A stretch of 14,266 bases of DNA from Candidatus Eiseniibacteriota bacterium (GCA_031364845.1 JANLWX010000221.1:1-14266); one strand, 5' to 3'; numbered from the stretch's first letter, positions 1 through 8,947 are shown. Numbers and translations: made by a program. The notes: generated by a model from the sequence alone, not told the origin.

Positions 1-3000
1 ACGACGCCGAGTACTCCATGCTCCACGCCGGGCTCGCCTGATAGCTCAGCACCGCATTCGCATTGCGCGTGCTCGCCCAGTCGCGCTGAGCCCCGCCGAG
101 CACGCTCGATGAGTACCCGCCGGAATACGAATACGTGAGCGACGCGTTCCAGTTGTCGCGATACGGCTCGACCTGATTGGTGTTGCGTTCGATCGCGAGA
201 TCCGGCGCCACGAAACGGCGCGCGTCGGTGCTCGACAGGTTGAGCCCGAGGTAATACGTGAGCGCGCGCAGCGGGCGGCCCTCGTAGACGTCGGTCGTGA
301 AGTTCATCGACGCGTTGAAATACCGCGGCGGCTGCAACGTCACCGCCGATCCGATCGGCCGCAACGGATGACGCGCGCCGTGCTCCTTCCACAGGAAGTC
401 GTAGGAGCTTCCCATGCTCCACGCGAGCAGGTTGTCGATGCGCACGATCTCGTTGTTCTTGCGCTTGAGCTTCACCTGAAGGCGCTGGTCGAGACCGAAG
501 TTCATTTGAAACTGCTTGGATCCCGACACACCGATGCCGCCAAAGTTCTCGAAGCGCTCGCGCCGGCCGAGCGAGTCGTCGATGATCAGGTGCTTGAACT
601 CGGGACTGTAGCCAAGCGACACGTTCGGGAACACGACGTGCCGAAACGCCTCGAGACGACCCAGCTTCGGCGTGAACGTTCCGTAGTACGACGTGCTCGC
701 CGACATCGATGACGACCACGATCCGGTCGGCACGAACGTGTTGCCGAGCCGGTCGCGATCGAACACGGCGACGGTACCGTTCAAGGCCGGCCGCAGATTG
801 AGCCATCCGAACGCGCGCCGCGCGTCGGACACCGACATGTCGCTCTGGAATCCGCGCCTCGTGACGTTCTCCTGCCCGAGCGTAAACACCGAATCCTGCG
901 TCGAGTCGGCGGTGGGAATGCTGTTCTCGACGAACGCGCGCCGCGTGTGCAGCGACAGGAAGCGCGACGAGAGGCTCACGTACATCGAACTCAGCGCCTT
1001 CTCCATCGGGGTGCCGCGGAACACGCCGAACGATCCCGCCGTGCGGGTCGGGAACGACACCGACAGACTCGGCAGACTCTCGGTGAGGTTGGTCTGTGTC
1101 GAAGGCGTGCCGATCGGCTTGGAGCGCAGCGGCCCCGGCCCATCGGGGTCCTCGAGATCGAGATCAGCGTCGAGATCCTGGCGGCGCTCGACAAATGCGT
1201 TGAACGACGCCCAGTCGGCGCCGTGGCTCATCGCCACACTCGAAGTCAGAAAGCGGTTCAGGCGCTGCGACAGCGAACGCCCGAACAGGTTGCTCGAGTT
1301 GTAGTCGCGGCTCGAGATGAACGAAGCGCGCGCCACGAGCCGCGTGCGCGGCGTCAGTTCCTGCGAGTGGTCGGCATCGAAGTCCCAGTTTTCTTCGGTC
1401 AGGGCCTCGTTGCGCGCGTAGCTGCCGTTGAACGTGCCGTCGAGCACGTAGAGCAGCCGATACTCGCTCTCGGCGCGCACCACCCACGAGGGCTCGGCCT
1501 GGTAGTAGTCGCCCGACAGGGTGATGTCCATGTAGTCGTTGGGCGCGTAGTAGTAGCCCGCATTGCGGATGAACTGGCCCGCGGTGTTGCTGAAGCCGAG
1601 CTGGAACTGCGGCAGCAGCAGTCCCGAGTGGCGGCCCGGCTTGATCGGGAATACCCAGAACGGCAGCGCGATCAGCGGCACCTTCTTGAGATAGAACACG
1701 ACCGGCTTGGCGACCAGTTTGTCCTTGAGGAAGATCTTCATGTAGCGCGCGCCGAAGTGATAGTGAGGATGGTCGAGACTGCAGGTGCTGTAGGAGCCGT
1801 TCAGAATGTCGAGTTCGTTGTCGTTCGGCTTGCGGATGCGCTCGCCGTGATAGAGCCCGGCCTCGTACTCCGTCTCCGCCTTGTAGATGTTTCCGACCCG
1901 CGACTCGAGGTCGTAGGTCATGAGGTTTCCGGCCACCTTGTCGCCGTTTTCGATCAGCTCGGGCTTGCCGCGCGCGACCAGCGTCTGCTTGTCGAGATCG
2001 AATTCCACGCGGCGCGCGTTCAGTTCGAGGTCGCGATACGTGAGATGCGCGCCGGGATCGAGGACGATCCGGTCGCGCGCGACCTGGTACTCGATGCGCG
2101 TCGCGTCGTACTTCACGCGCTCGTCGGCCGCGTTCGAGGTGTCGGCGAGATCGACCGCGAACTGGTATTCGCCCGAGGCCTGGCCTTCCACCCGCGCGCG
2201 GTCGATCTTCCGCTTCACGAAGAACACCGTGATCGTGTCGCCCTGTGCCCGGTTCGTGTCCTGCGTCTTCCCGGCGCGCGGCACTGCGCCATATTCGTTG
2301 CGCGCGCTTCCGGTCGCGACCAGGCTGTCGATGTCGTCGTCGGTGAAGTAGATGTCGACGCGCTGGCCGGTGAGCCTGCTGGTCTCACCCAGCGTCTGCG
2401 GGCGGTTGCCGCGATAGTCCATGGTCGCGGATCCTTGAATCACGACCCGGTCGAGATGCTTCTCCTCGGTGAAGATCTCGATCGTGTCCCCGCTCACCGT
2501 CGTTTCCTGGTCCCACGCCCGCGGATGACCGGTCAGCAATCCGTAATTTGCCAGCTCGTCGAAGTGCCCGTAGTCGGCGCGCGCATGGAGCGTGTCACGA
2601 TCGACCGTGACCGAGTCGATCGCCTCGGCGATGCGATCCTCGACGTCGAGCTTCAGCACGCGCGCGCGGATCACGGTGGGCGGCGCGTCCTTCTCGCGCG
2701 AAGTCAGCTGCGGCTCGCCGAACGCGACCACGGTCTTCAAATCGCGGTCGTAGTCGACCGATCGCGCCACCAGTTCGAGCTTGTTCTCCTCGTCACGGCC
2801 GCGCACGTGTCCGCGCGCTTCGAGCAATTGCGTGTCGCGCATGTAGAGCGCGCTGTCGGCGCGCAGCGTCTGGAACTTGTCGCGCGCATCGACGCCGCCG
2901 AACAGCTCCACACGCCCGCTGCGCCGGTCGTAGGACGCGCGCGGCGCGCGCAGCGTCGCTTCGCCGTCGACCACGACCACGCGCCCGATCAGCTGGATCA

Positions 3001-3337
3001 CGTCGTCCTGCTCGGAGTAGGACGCCTGATCGCAGGTCATCACGGTGGTGCTGTCGACGAGCCGCACTTTCTGTTCGAGGTACAGCATGCCCAGATCGCG
3101 CAGATAGCGGCCGTGATCGGCAGTGATCACGGTGCGGCCGCGCAGGATGCGCACGTTGCCGTTCAGGAGCACGATGTCGCCTTCGGTGCCGCGAGTTCCG
3201 GTCACGTTGTCGGCGGAGATGTTGAGCGGCGGCGAATCGGCCGCGGCCTGGGCACGCGCGGCGCGCGGCAGCACGGTCGCGAGCGCCGCGATGAGCACGG
3301 CGGCGAGCGCCAGGCCGCGGACCATGCGCGCGATCAC
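1..3337 (-). CDS. lptD: LPS-assembly protein LptD with a greatly extended N-terminal OstA/LptA-like beta-jellyroll region (3' end outside window, >1112 aa)
   Basis: Translated by hand over the N-terminal ~600 codons and the last ~70 codons at the left edge; both are in the same frame. It is absent from the ORF track, consistent with no stop inside the window. GTG at 3337 overlaps the folC stop (GTGA); alternative ATG at 3325. Signal peptide MVRGLALAAVLIAALATVLPRAARA|QA. Then about 15 beta-jellyroll units of ~29 aa, then LptD hallmarks NGSYSTCSLDHPHYHFGARYMKI, KVPLIALPFWVFPIKPGRHSGLLLPQF and NAGYYYAPNDYMDIT. Amphipathic barrel strands at the edge (WNASLTYSYS, LSYQASPAWSMEYSAS). Confidence 0.9.
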   Translation of the reverse strand, partial: MIARMVRGLALAAVLIAALATVLPRAARAQAAADSPPLNISADNVTGTRGTEGDIVLLNGNVRILRGRTVITADHGRYLRDLGMLYLEQKVRLVDSTTVMTCDQASYSEQDDVIQLIGRVVVVDGEATLRAPRASYDRRSGRVELFGGVDARDKFQTLRADSALYMRDTQLLEARGHVRGRDEENKLELVARSVDYDRDLKTVVAFGEPQLTSREKDAPPTVIRARVLKLDVEDRIAEAIDSVTVDRDTLHARADYGHFDELANYGLLTGHPRAWDQETTVSGDTIEIFTEEKHLDRVVIQGSATMDYRGNRPQTLGETSRLTGQRVDIYFTDDDIDSLVATGSARNEYGAVPRAGKTQDTNRAQGDTITVFFVKRKIDRARVEGQASGEYQFAVDLADTSNAADERVKYDATRIEYQVARDRIVLDPGAHLTYRDLELNARRVEFDLDKQTLVARGKPELIENGDKVAGNLMTYDLESRVGNIYKAETEYEAGLYHGERIRKPNDNELDILNGSYSTCSLDHPHYHFGARYMKIFLKDKLVAKPVVFYLKKVPLIALPFWVFPIKPGRHSGLLLPQFQLGFSNTAGQFIRNAGYYYAPNDYMDITLSGDYYQAEPSWVVRAESEYRLLYVLDGTFNGSYARNEALTEENWDFDADHSQELTPRTRLVARASFISSRDYNSSNLFGRSLSQRLNRFLTSSVAMSHGADWASFNAFVERRQDLDADLDLEDPDGPGPLRSKPIGTPSTQTNLTESLPSLSVSFPTRTAGSFGVFRGTPMEKALSSMYVSLSSRFLSLHTRRAFVENSIPTADSTQDSVFTLGQENVTRRGFQSDMSVSDARRAFGWLNLRPALNGTVAVFDRDRLGNTFVPTGSWSSSMSASTSYYGTFTPKLGRLEAFRHVVFPNVSLGYSPEFKHLIIDDSLGRRERFENFGGIGVSGSKQFQMNFGLDQRLQVKLKRKNNEIVRIDNLLAWSMGSSYDFLWKEHGARHPLRPIGSAVTLQPPRYFNASMNFTTDVYEGRPLRALTYYLGLNLSSTDARRFVAPDLAIERNTNQVEPYRDNWNASLTYSYSGGYSSSVLGGAQRDWASTRNANAVLSYQASPAWSMEYSAS

Positions 3338-4614
3338 AGCACCTCTCCCGGCGCTCCGCCGAACACGGTCATCGCTTCGCCGACCGCGAACAGTGAACCC
3401 GTGAGCAGCACCCGGCCGCCGGGCGCGGACACTTCGAGCGCCGTGTGGCACGCCGTGCCGACATCGGCGGCGACCGAAACCTCCCAGCCCATGGACTTCG
3501 CCACCGTGGCGATCGCATGCGGATCGAGCGCGCGTTCGCTGCGGGTCCGCGTGGCGATCAGGCGTGGCTCGCGCATCAGAGGTGCGAGCGGCGCCAGCAT
3601 CGAGGGCAGGTCCTTGTCGTGCGCCACCGCGAACACGATCGCCTCGGGCGCCGGCAGCGCCGCCTCGCGCCACGTCGCGGCAAGGCGCGCGGCACCCGCG
3701 CCGTTGTGTGCGCCGTCCCAGATCAGGCGCGGCTCGCGCGGCGCGTGCTCGAAGCGCCCCGGCCATCGCGCCTCGCGAAATCCCTCGACGACCGCCGCCG
3801 CCGGTATCATCACACCGCGCGACACCAGCACATCGAGCGTCGCGAGCGCCGTCGCGGCATTGTCGACCGAAGCGCCGGCGTGCGCCGGTTCGAGATCGAG
3901 CGTTCCCCATGCGGAGGTCGTCGCGCGCGCGCCGCCCGCCGCGACAGACACGATCGACACACGATCGGTCGCGGTCACGAGTTCGGCGTGGCGCTCACGC
4001 GCGGCGTCCGCGATCACCGCGGCAGCCTCCGCATCCGCGACGCCCGATACCACCGGCACGCCCGGCTTCACGATCCCCGCCTTCTCGAACGCGATCGCCT
4101 GCATGCTGTCGCCGAGAATCTCGGTGTGGTCGTAGCCGATACTGGTGATGACGCTGACCTCCGGCGTGATGACGTTCGTCGTGTCGAGCCGCCCGCCGAG
4201 ACCGACCTCGACCACCGCCCACTCCACGTTCTCGGCCGCGAAGTACGCGAAGCCGAGTGCCGTCACCACTTCGAAGAACGTGCGTTCGCTGGCACCCGGC
4301 AGGTCCTCGATGCGCCGCAGCATTTCGTGCAGGCGCGACTCTTCTGCCCAGCGGCCGTCGACGCGGATGCGCTCGCGAAAGTCGACCAGATGGGGCGACG
4401 TGAACAACCCGGTGCGATGGCCCGCGGCCCGCAGCACGCGCTCGACCAGCGCGCACACGGTGCCCTTGCCGTTGGTGCCCGCAACGTGCACGGAACGAAA
4501 CCGGCGTTCGGGGTTCCCCAGCGCAGCGAGCAACGAGCGCGTGCCTTCGAGGCCGAGCTTGTTCTTCCTGCGCTCGAGTCCATAGAGCGCCTCGAGGGCG
4601 CCCTGCAGCGTCAT
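3334..4614 (-). CDS. folC: Bifunctional folylpolyglutamate synthase / dihydrofolate synthase
   Basis: Motifs HVAGTNGKGT, GLFTSPHLVDFRERI, EVGLGGRLDTTN, IAFEKAGI, WPGRFE, DGAHN, TGSLF. Start trimmed to ATG 4614 (MTLQGALEALY), just after the accD stop. accD-folC is a conserved gene pair. Confidence 0.96.
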   Translation of the reverse strand: MTLQGALEALYGLERRKNKLGLEGTRSLLAALGNPERRFRSVHVAGTNGKGTVCALVERVLRAAGHRTGLFTSPHLVDFRERIRVDGRWAEESRLHEMLRRIEDLPGASERTFFEVVTALGFAYFAAENVEWAVVEVGLGGRLDTTNVITPEVSVITSIGYDHTEILGDSMQAIAFEKAGIVKPGVPVVSGVADAEAAAVIADAARERHAELVTATDRVSIVSVAAGGARATTSAWGTLDLEPAHAGASVDNAATALATLDVLVSRGVMIPAAAVVEGFREARWPGRFEHAPREPRLIWDGAHNGAGAARLAATWREAALPAPEAIVFAVAHDKDLPSMLAPLAPLMREPRLIATRTRSERALDPHAIATVAKSMGWEVSVAADVGTACHTALEVSAPGGRVLLTGSLFAVGEAMTVFGGAPGEVL

Positions 4615-4630
4615 GTAGGGCACACAGCCT

Positions 4631-5554
4631 TTAGTCGGTCGCTGCGGGGAGTTCAGCGAATGGATGGGGAGACTTTCTGCCTTCGGCCGCGAATCCGCGC
4701 GTCGAGCGCCAGAAGAATTCGAGCACTCTGGAAACGTCCTCGCGCATGTTCTTGCGGTGGACGATGCGGTCGATGAAGCCTTTGTCGAGCACGAACTCGG
4801 CACGCTGGAATCCCGGCGGCAGGTCCTGGCCGATCGTCTGGCGGATCACACGCGCGCCGGCGAAACCGACCAGCGCGCGCGGCTCGGCGATGATCACGTC
4901 GCCCAGCGAGGCGTAGGAAGCGAGCACCCCCGCGGTCGAAGGATCGGTGAGGATCGAGATGAACGGCAACCGGTGCTCACGCAGCCGCGCCAGCAGTGCC
5001 GAGGTCTTCGCCATCTGCATCAGCGACAGGATGCCTTCCTGCATGCGGGCGCCGCCGGTCGCCGACACGACGATCAGCGCGCGGCGCTCCTCGATTGCGC
5101 GCTCGATCGAACGCGCGACCTTTTCGCCCACGACCGAACCCATGCTGCCGCCCATGAAGAAGAAGTCCATAAGCGTGACGCTCACGGGCTTGCCGCCCAC
5201 CGTCGCGAGGCCCGAGAGCGCGGCGTCGGTCATGCCCGTATCGCGCTGGGCGGCCTTGAGGCGCTCGGGATAGCGCATCTTCGCATCGCGGAACTCGAGC
5301 GGATCGCCCGCTTCGAGGTTCGCATCGCGCTCTTGGAAGGAATCCGGGTCGACCAGCACGTCGAGGTAGGTGCGCGCGGGCACGCGAAAGTGATGGTCGC
5401 ACTTGGGGCACGTCCACAGGTGCTCTTCGAGCACGCTCTGGAACAAGGCCTCGCCGCAGCCGTCGCACTTGGTCCACAATCCTTCCGGGACGTCGTTGCG
5501 GGCTTCCTTCTTCGCGGATTTGATGCCGGTACGTTCGCGTTTCAGCCAGGACAT
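4631..5554 (-). CDS. accD: Acetyl-CoA carboxylase carboxyltransferase subunit beta
   Basis: VPEGLWTKCDGC...CPKCDHHFR zinc finger, FMGGSMGSVVGEK, GGARMQEGILSLMQMAKTS, IAEPRALVGFAGARVI, LPPGFQRAEF. Start trimmed to ATG 5554 (MSWLKRERTG). Confidence 0.97.
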   Translation of the reverse strand: MSWLKRERTGIKSAKKEARNDVPEGLWTKCDGCGEALFQSVLEEHLWTCPKCDHHFRVPARTYLDVLVDPDSFQERDANLEAGDPLEFRDAKMRYPERLKAAQRDTGMTDAALSGLATVGGKPVSVTLMDFFFMGGSMGSVVGEKVARSIERAIEERRALIVVSATGGARMQEGILSLMQMAKTSALLARLREHRLPFISILTDPSTAGVLASYASLGDVIIAEPRALVGFAGARVIRQTIGQDLPPGFQRAEFVLDKGFIDRIVHRKNMREDVSRVLEFFWRSTRGFAAEGRKSPHPFAELPAATD

Positions 5555-5600
5555 TGAGGTTTCCGGGTGAGAGAGCGGCGGATCGTCGTGATCCGCGGAC

Positions 5601-5630
5601 AGGTTGCGATTCCTACCCCGCACGCGTCAA
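5601..5630 (-). promoter_or_regulatory. Putative sigma70-type internal promoter for accD-folC-lptD
   Basis: Minus strand TTGACG (5630-5625) - 18 nt - CAACCT (5606-5601) in the rimI-accD intergenic gap. Confidence 0.4.
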
Positions 5631-5660
5631 ACCGTCGCCGCGGAAACTCGGGAGCCTGAT

Positions 5661-6836
5661 TCAGGCCGGCGGGCGCCATTCCATGACGAGCGCATCCTCC
5701 GCGTCGTCACGATAATACCGGCGGCGCAACCCGGCCACTCGAAATCCACGATTTCGGTAGAGCTCCTGCGCGGCGCTGTTCGACACCCGCACCTCAAGCG
5801 AGAGGCTTTGCACCTTCGTGGCAAGGGCGCGCGCGATCAATTCATCGAGCAGCGCGGCGGCCACACCGCGGCGGCGCTGTTCGGGAGCGACCGCGATGTT
5901 GCCGAGATGCCCGAATTCCGGACCGAGCCACGCCAGACTGTAGCCTGCGAGCCGGCCCTCGCGCTCGGCGACGCGGGCGAACATCTCGGGCTGGCTCAGC
6001 TCGCTCAGGAAGAACGAGTCGGGCCACGGGTCGGGGAACACGCGGCGCTCGATCGCCACGATCGCATCGACATCCGCGGTCGTCATCATGCGCAGCTCGT
6101 ACGGCCGGTTCGCGAGCGCGCGATGGCGCACCTGGGCTGCGGCCTGAGCGGTGCGCACGTAGGCCGGCTCGAGCGGGTGGTCGGCGCGCGGCAGCCCGAG
6201 CGCGGGCCCGCCGCCGAGCCACGCGGCGCGCGCGAGGTCGGCGGCCGAAAGTCCTTCGGCGCGAAACGGAGGATCGGCGGAACCCGGCCATGCACGCTCG
6301 AGCGCATCCCGCTCGCGCGCGGCACCCGGGCCCACGAACCGGACCGCGACCGCACCGAGCACCGCACGCGCTTCGGCAACGCGGTCGAGCACCGCGGCCA
6401 CGGTACCCACGCACGGACCCGCGAACTGGCGCGCGGCACCCCGGCGGTCGGTGTGGAAGAATCCCGCGTAGACATCGCGCCGCCCGGCCGGCACCAGCGG
6501 CACGACCAGCGCCTTGCCGGCGCGCGCGGCGTGCGCGAGCGCCGCCAGCGACGAAGCGCCGAGCAACTGGGCGCGCGACACCATGGCGAGCGCGGTCGCG
6601 GTCGCGAGCCCGACGCGCACGCCGGTGAACGAGCCGGGGCCGAGATCGGCGGCGATCCACGTGAGATCGCGCACGGTGACGGAGGCCGCAGCCAGCGTCT
6701 CCTCGATCATCGGCGTAAGTCTTCGCGTGTGTCCGTGTCCGATCTCCTCGACGCGCTCGGCGAGCACTTCGCCGTCGCGTGATTCGACACGCAGCTCGAC
6801 GTGATCAGTCGCGGACTCGATCGCGAGGCCGGTCAT
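5661..6836 (-). CDS. tsaB-rimI: Fused tRNA t6A biosynthesis protein TsaB / ribosomal-protein-S18 alanine N-acetyltransferase RimI (391 aa)
   Basis: ATG 6836 (MTGLAIESAT) preceded by GGAGG at 6849-6845. TsaB motifs HTRRLTPMIEETL, DLGPGSFTGVRVG and LEPAYVR run in frame into GNAT/RimI motifs IERRVFPDPW, HLGNIAVAPEQRRRGVAAALL, LEVRVSNSAAQELY and RRRYYRDDAEDALVM. Confidence 0.93.
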   Translation of the reverse strand: MTGLAIESATDHVELRVESRDGEVLAERVEEIGHGHTRRLTPMIEETLAAASVTVRDLTWIAADLGPGSFTGVRVGLATATALAMVSRAQLLGASSLAALAHAARAGKALVVPLVPAGRRDVYAGFFHTDRRGAARQFAGPCVGTVAAVLDRVAEARAVLGAVAVRFVGPGAARERDALERAWPGSADPPFRAEGLSAADLARAAWLGGGPALGLPRADHPLEPAYVRTAQAAAQVRHRALANRPYELRMMTTADVDAIVAIERRVFPDPWPDSFFLSELSQPEMFARVAEREGRLAGYSLAWLGPEFGHLGNIAVAPEQRRRGVAAALLDELIARALATKVQSLSLEVRVSNSAAQELYRNRGFRVAGLRRRYYRDDAEDALVMEWRPPA

Positions 6837-6900
6837 CGCGTAATCCTCCGCGCGCGGGCCGCCGCGCTCTGGGGTCGCGAGTGCACGTCGAGCCGCGCGC

Positions 6901-7368
6901 TCACGCCACGTCCTCGGCGAGCGCGTGCTGCCAGCGCTCGAGCAAGGCGCGCGCGCGCGCTCCGTCACCGCGCGCTTCGAAGGTGCGCGCATCTCCGTCG
7001 CCCGGAGTGATCTGCACGTGCAGAGCGTCCGCGAGCAGCGAAGCCGGAAGCCGGTCGGCCCATTCGACGACCAGTGCGGCGCGCTCCGAGCGTTCTTCGA
7101 GTGCCAGCCCCGGCACCTCGCGCGGCTCCAGCCGATAGAGATCGACGTGCAGCAGCGTGATGCGTCCGCCGTATTCGTTGACCAGGGTGAACGTCGGACT
7201 GCGCACACGGGCCTTCGCATCGAGCCCGGCCGCGAGACCCGCGACGAAGCGCGTCTTGCCGGCACCGAGCGGTCCCTCGAGAGCGATCACGTCACCCGGC
7301 TCGAGCAACGGCCCGAGCGCTTCACCGAGACGCACGGTCTCCGCCTCCGACGATGTCGCGCGCCGCAC
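6901..7368 (-). CDS. tsaE: tRNA threonylcarbamoyladenosine biosynthesis ATPase TsaE
   Basis: Walker A GPLGAGKT, VRSPTFTLVNEY, HVDLYRL, VVEWADRL. GTG start 4 nt after the stop of the upstream regulator. Confidence 0.96.
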   Translation of the reverse strand: MRRATSSEAETVRLGEALGPLLEPGDVIALEGPLGAGKTRFVAGLAAGLDAKARVRSPTFTLVNEYGGRITLLHVDLYRLEPREVPGLALEERSERAALVVEWADRLPASLLADALHVQITPGDGDARTFEARGDGARARALLERWQHALAEDVA

Positions 7369-7372
7369 GCCG

Positions 7373-8947
7373 TTACCCTTTGCGAGGCGTGAGCGTCAGC
7401 ATCGGCAGGATCATCTCTTCGATCGAGATGCCGCCGTGCTGGAAGCTGCCGCGATACTGCCGCTCGTACTCATGGAACCGCGTCGGGTACACGAAGAAGA
7501 AATCCTCACGCGCGAGCAGGTAGTTCTTGTTGACCCCGTCGTCGGGCAGCATGAAGTCCATCGGCTTGCGAATGATCACGGCCTGCTTGGGGTCGGCGTT
7601 GAGGTTGATGCCGAACTTGTAGCGAAGGTTGGTCGAGGTGTCGCGGTTGCCGTGCACCAGCGCCGCGCGACGGCTCAACACCGCACCATGATCGGTCGTC
7701 AGCACCGTCACGCAATCCTGCTGCGTCGACAGCGCGCGGAAGATCTCGTAAAGCGGGCTGTGCACGAACCACGCCTTCATCACTGCGCGGAATGCGCCCT
7801 CGTCGGGCGCCAACTCCTGGAGAATTTCACTCTCGGAGCGCCCGTGCGCGAGGATATCGAGGAAGTTGAACACCAGGCTCACGAGTGAGAGCCCCGAGAA
7901 CGAGTTGATCTGGCGCCGCGTCTGGTGCGCCTCGTCGGCGTCGTAGATCTTCACGTACTTGGTCGGCTTCTGCGGCGTCGCGTGCAGCCGTTCGAGCTGC
8001 AGATCCAGAAGCTGGCGTTCGTAGCGGTTCTTCGTGCGCTCCTCGTTGCTGGCCTCTTGCCACATCTCGGGATGGCGCTTCCACATCTCCGCGGGCAGCA
8101 ATCCCGAAAAGATCGAGTTGCGCGAGTAGGGTGTGGCGGTCGGCAGGATCGAGTAGTAGTAGTCGCGCTTGATGTCGAACAGTTCCTCGAGCAATGGTTC
8201 CAGCGTGAACCACTGATCGAGCCGCATGCAATCGATGATGATGAACACGACGCGTTTGCCGCCCGCGAGATGCGGCACCACACCGCGTTCGACCACATCG
8301 ACCGACAGCATCGGCCGGCTCTCGGCCTTGCGCACCCATGAGGGATAGCCGTTCTCGACGAAACGCGCGAATTCGATGTTGAGGCCGCGGCGCAGATCCG
8401 AGTGCGCCTCCTTGAGCCCGGCTTCCTGAACGTTGTCGAAGCGAACGTCCCAGCGCGCGATGTCGATGGCGAGATCGGTCCACCCCTGCCAGTCGAGCTT
8501 GCGCACGTCCATCGTCTGCCACTTCTGCATCTCGGAGGCGTAGTCGCGATGGCGCGCGGAGTCCTGGAGCTTCTGGCCGTCGAGCACGCGCTTGCACGCG
8601 AGGAACACCTGCGACGGATTGACCGGCTTGATCAGGTAGTCGGTGATGTGACGCCCGATCGCCTCGTTCATGAGGCTCTCTTCTTCGCTCTTGGTGATGA
8701 GGATCACCGGCACGCCGAGCTCGCGGACTTTGATCTGATCGAGTGTGGCGAGGCCGCCGAGGCCCGGCATCATCTCGTCGAGCAGCACCAGATCGAAGCG
8801 CGAGGCCGCGAGCTGATCGAGCGCGTCTTCGCCGTTCGGAACCGGCGTGACGTCGAACCCCTTCCCCTCGAGGAAGCGTATGTGGGGCGTGAGCAGTTCG
8901 ATCTCGTCATCGGCCCACAACACCCGTCGTCTCGGTTCGTTCTTCAT
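7373..8947 (-). CDS. porX: PorX-like response regulator: receiver domain plus PglZ (alkaline-phosphatase superfamily) phosphodiesterase domain, no DNA-binding domain
   Basis: REC: LWADDEIELLTPHIRFLE, LLDEMMPGLGG (phospho-Asp), ITKSEEE, YLIKPVNPSQV. PglZ: IIIDCMRLDQW, ILPTATPYSRNSIFSGLLP, NFLDILAHGR, TTDHG, NLRYK, FQHGGISIEEMILP. 524 aa, with the size and architecture of Bacteroidota PorX, and likewise followed by tsaE. Confidence 0.9.
   Translation of the reverse strand: MKNEPRRRVLWADDEIELLTPHIRFLEGKGFDVTPVPNGEDALDQLAASRFDLVLLDEMMPGLGGLATLDQIKVRELGVPVILITKSEEESLMNEAIGRHITDYLIKPVNPSQVFLACKRVLDGQKLQDSARHRDYASEMQKWQTMDVRKLDWQGWTDLAIDIARWDVRFDNVQEAGLKEAHSDLRRGLNIEFARFVENGYPSWVRKAESRPMLSVDVVERGVVPHLAGGKRVVFIIIDCMRLDQWFTLEPLLEELFDIKRDYYYSILPTATPYSRNSIFSGLLPAEMWKRHPEMWQEASNEERTKNRYERQLLDLQLERLHATPQKPTKYVKIYDADEAHQTRRQINSFSGLSLVSLVFNFLDILAHGRSESEILQELAPDEGAFRAVMKAWFVHSPLYEIFRALSTQQDCVTVLTTDHGAVLSRRAALVHGNRDTSTNLRYKFGINLNADPKQAVIIRKPMDFMLPDDGVNKNYLLAREDFFFVYPTRFHEYERQYRGSFQHGGISIEEMILPMLTLTPRKG

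Noticed and set aside
947..4135. 1062-aa + strand ORF
   Set aside because: It is the codon-register antisense mirror of lptD, continuing across folC, and has no recognisable motifs. The real genes are on the minus strand.
6837..7265. N-terminal extensions given by the ORF track for tsaB-rimI (7265), folC (4803), accD (5623) and ffh (14048)
   Set aside because: They overlap upstream genes or promoters and lack homology. Family N-termini and RBS positions support starts at 6836, 4614, 5554 and 14015.
7373..8947. PglZ domain as a sign of a BREX/Pgl phage-defence system
   Set aside because: It is fused to a receiver domain (PorX architecture) and sits among housekeeping genes. No brxA/B/C, pglX or brxL is present.
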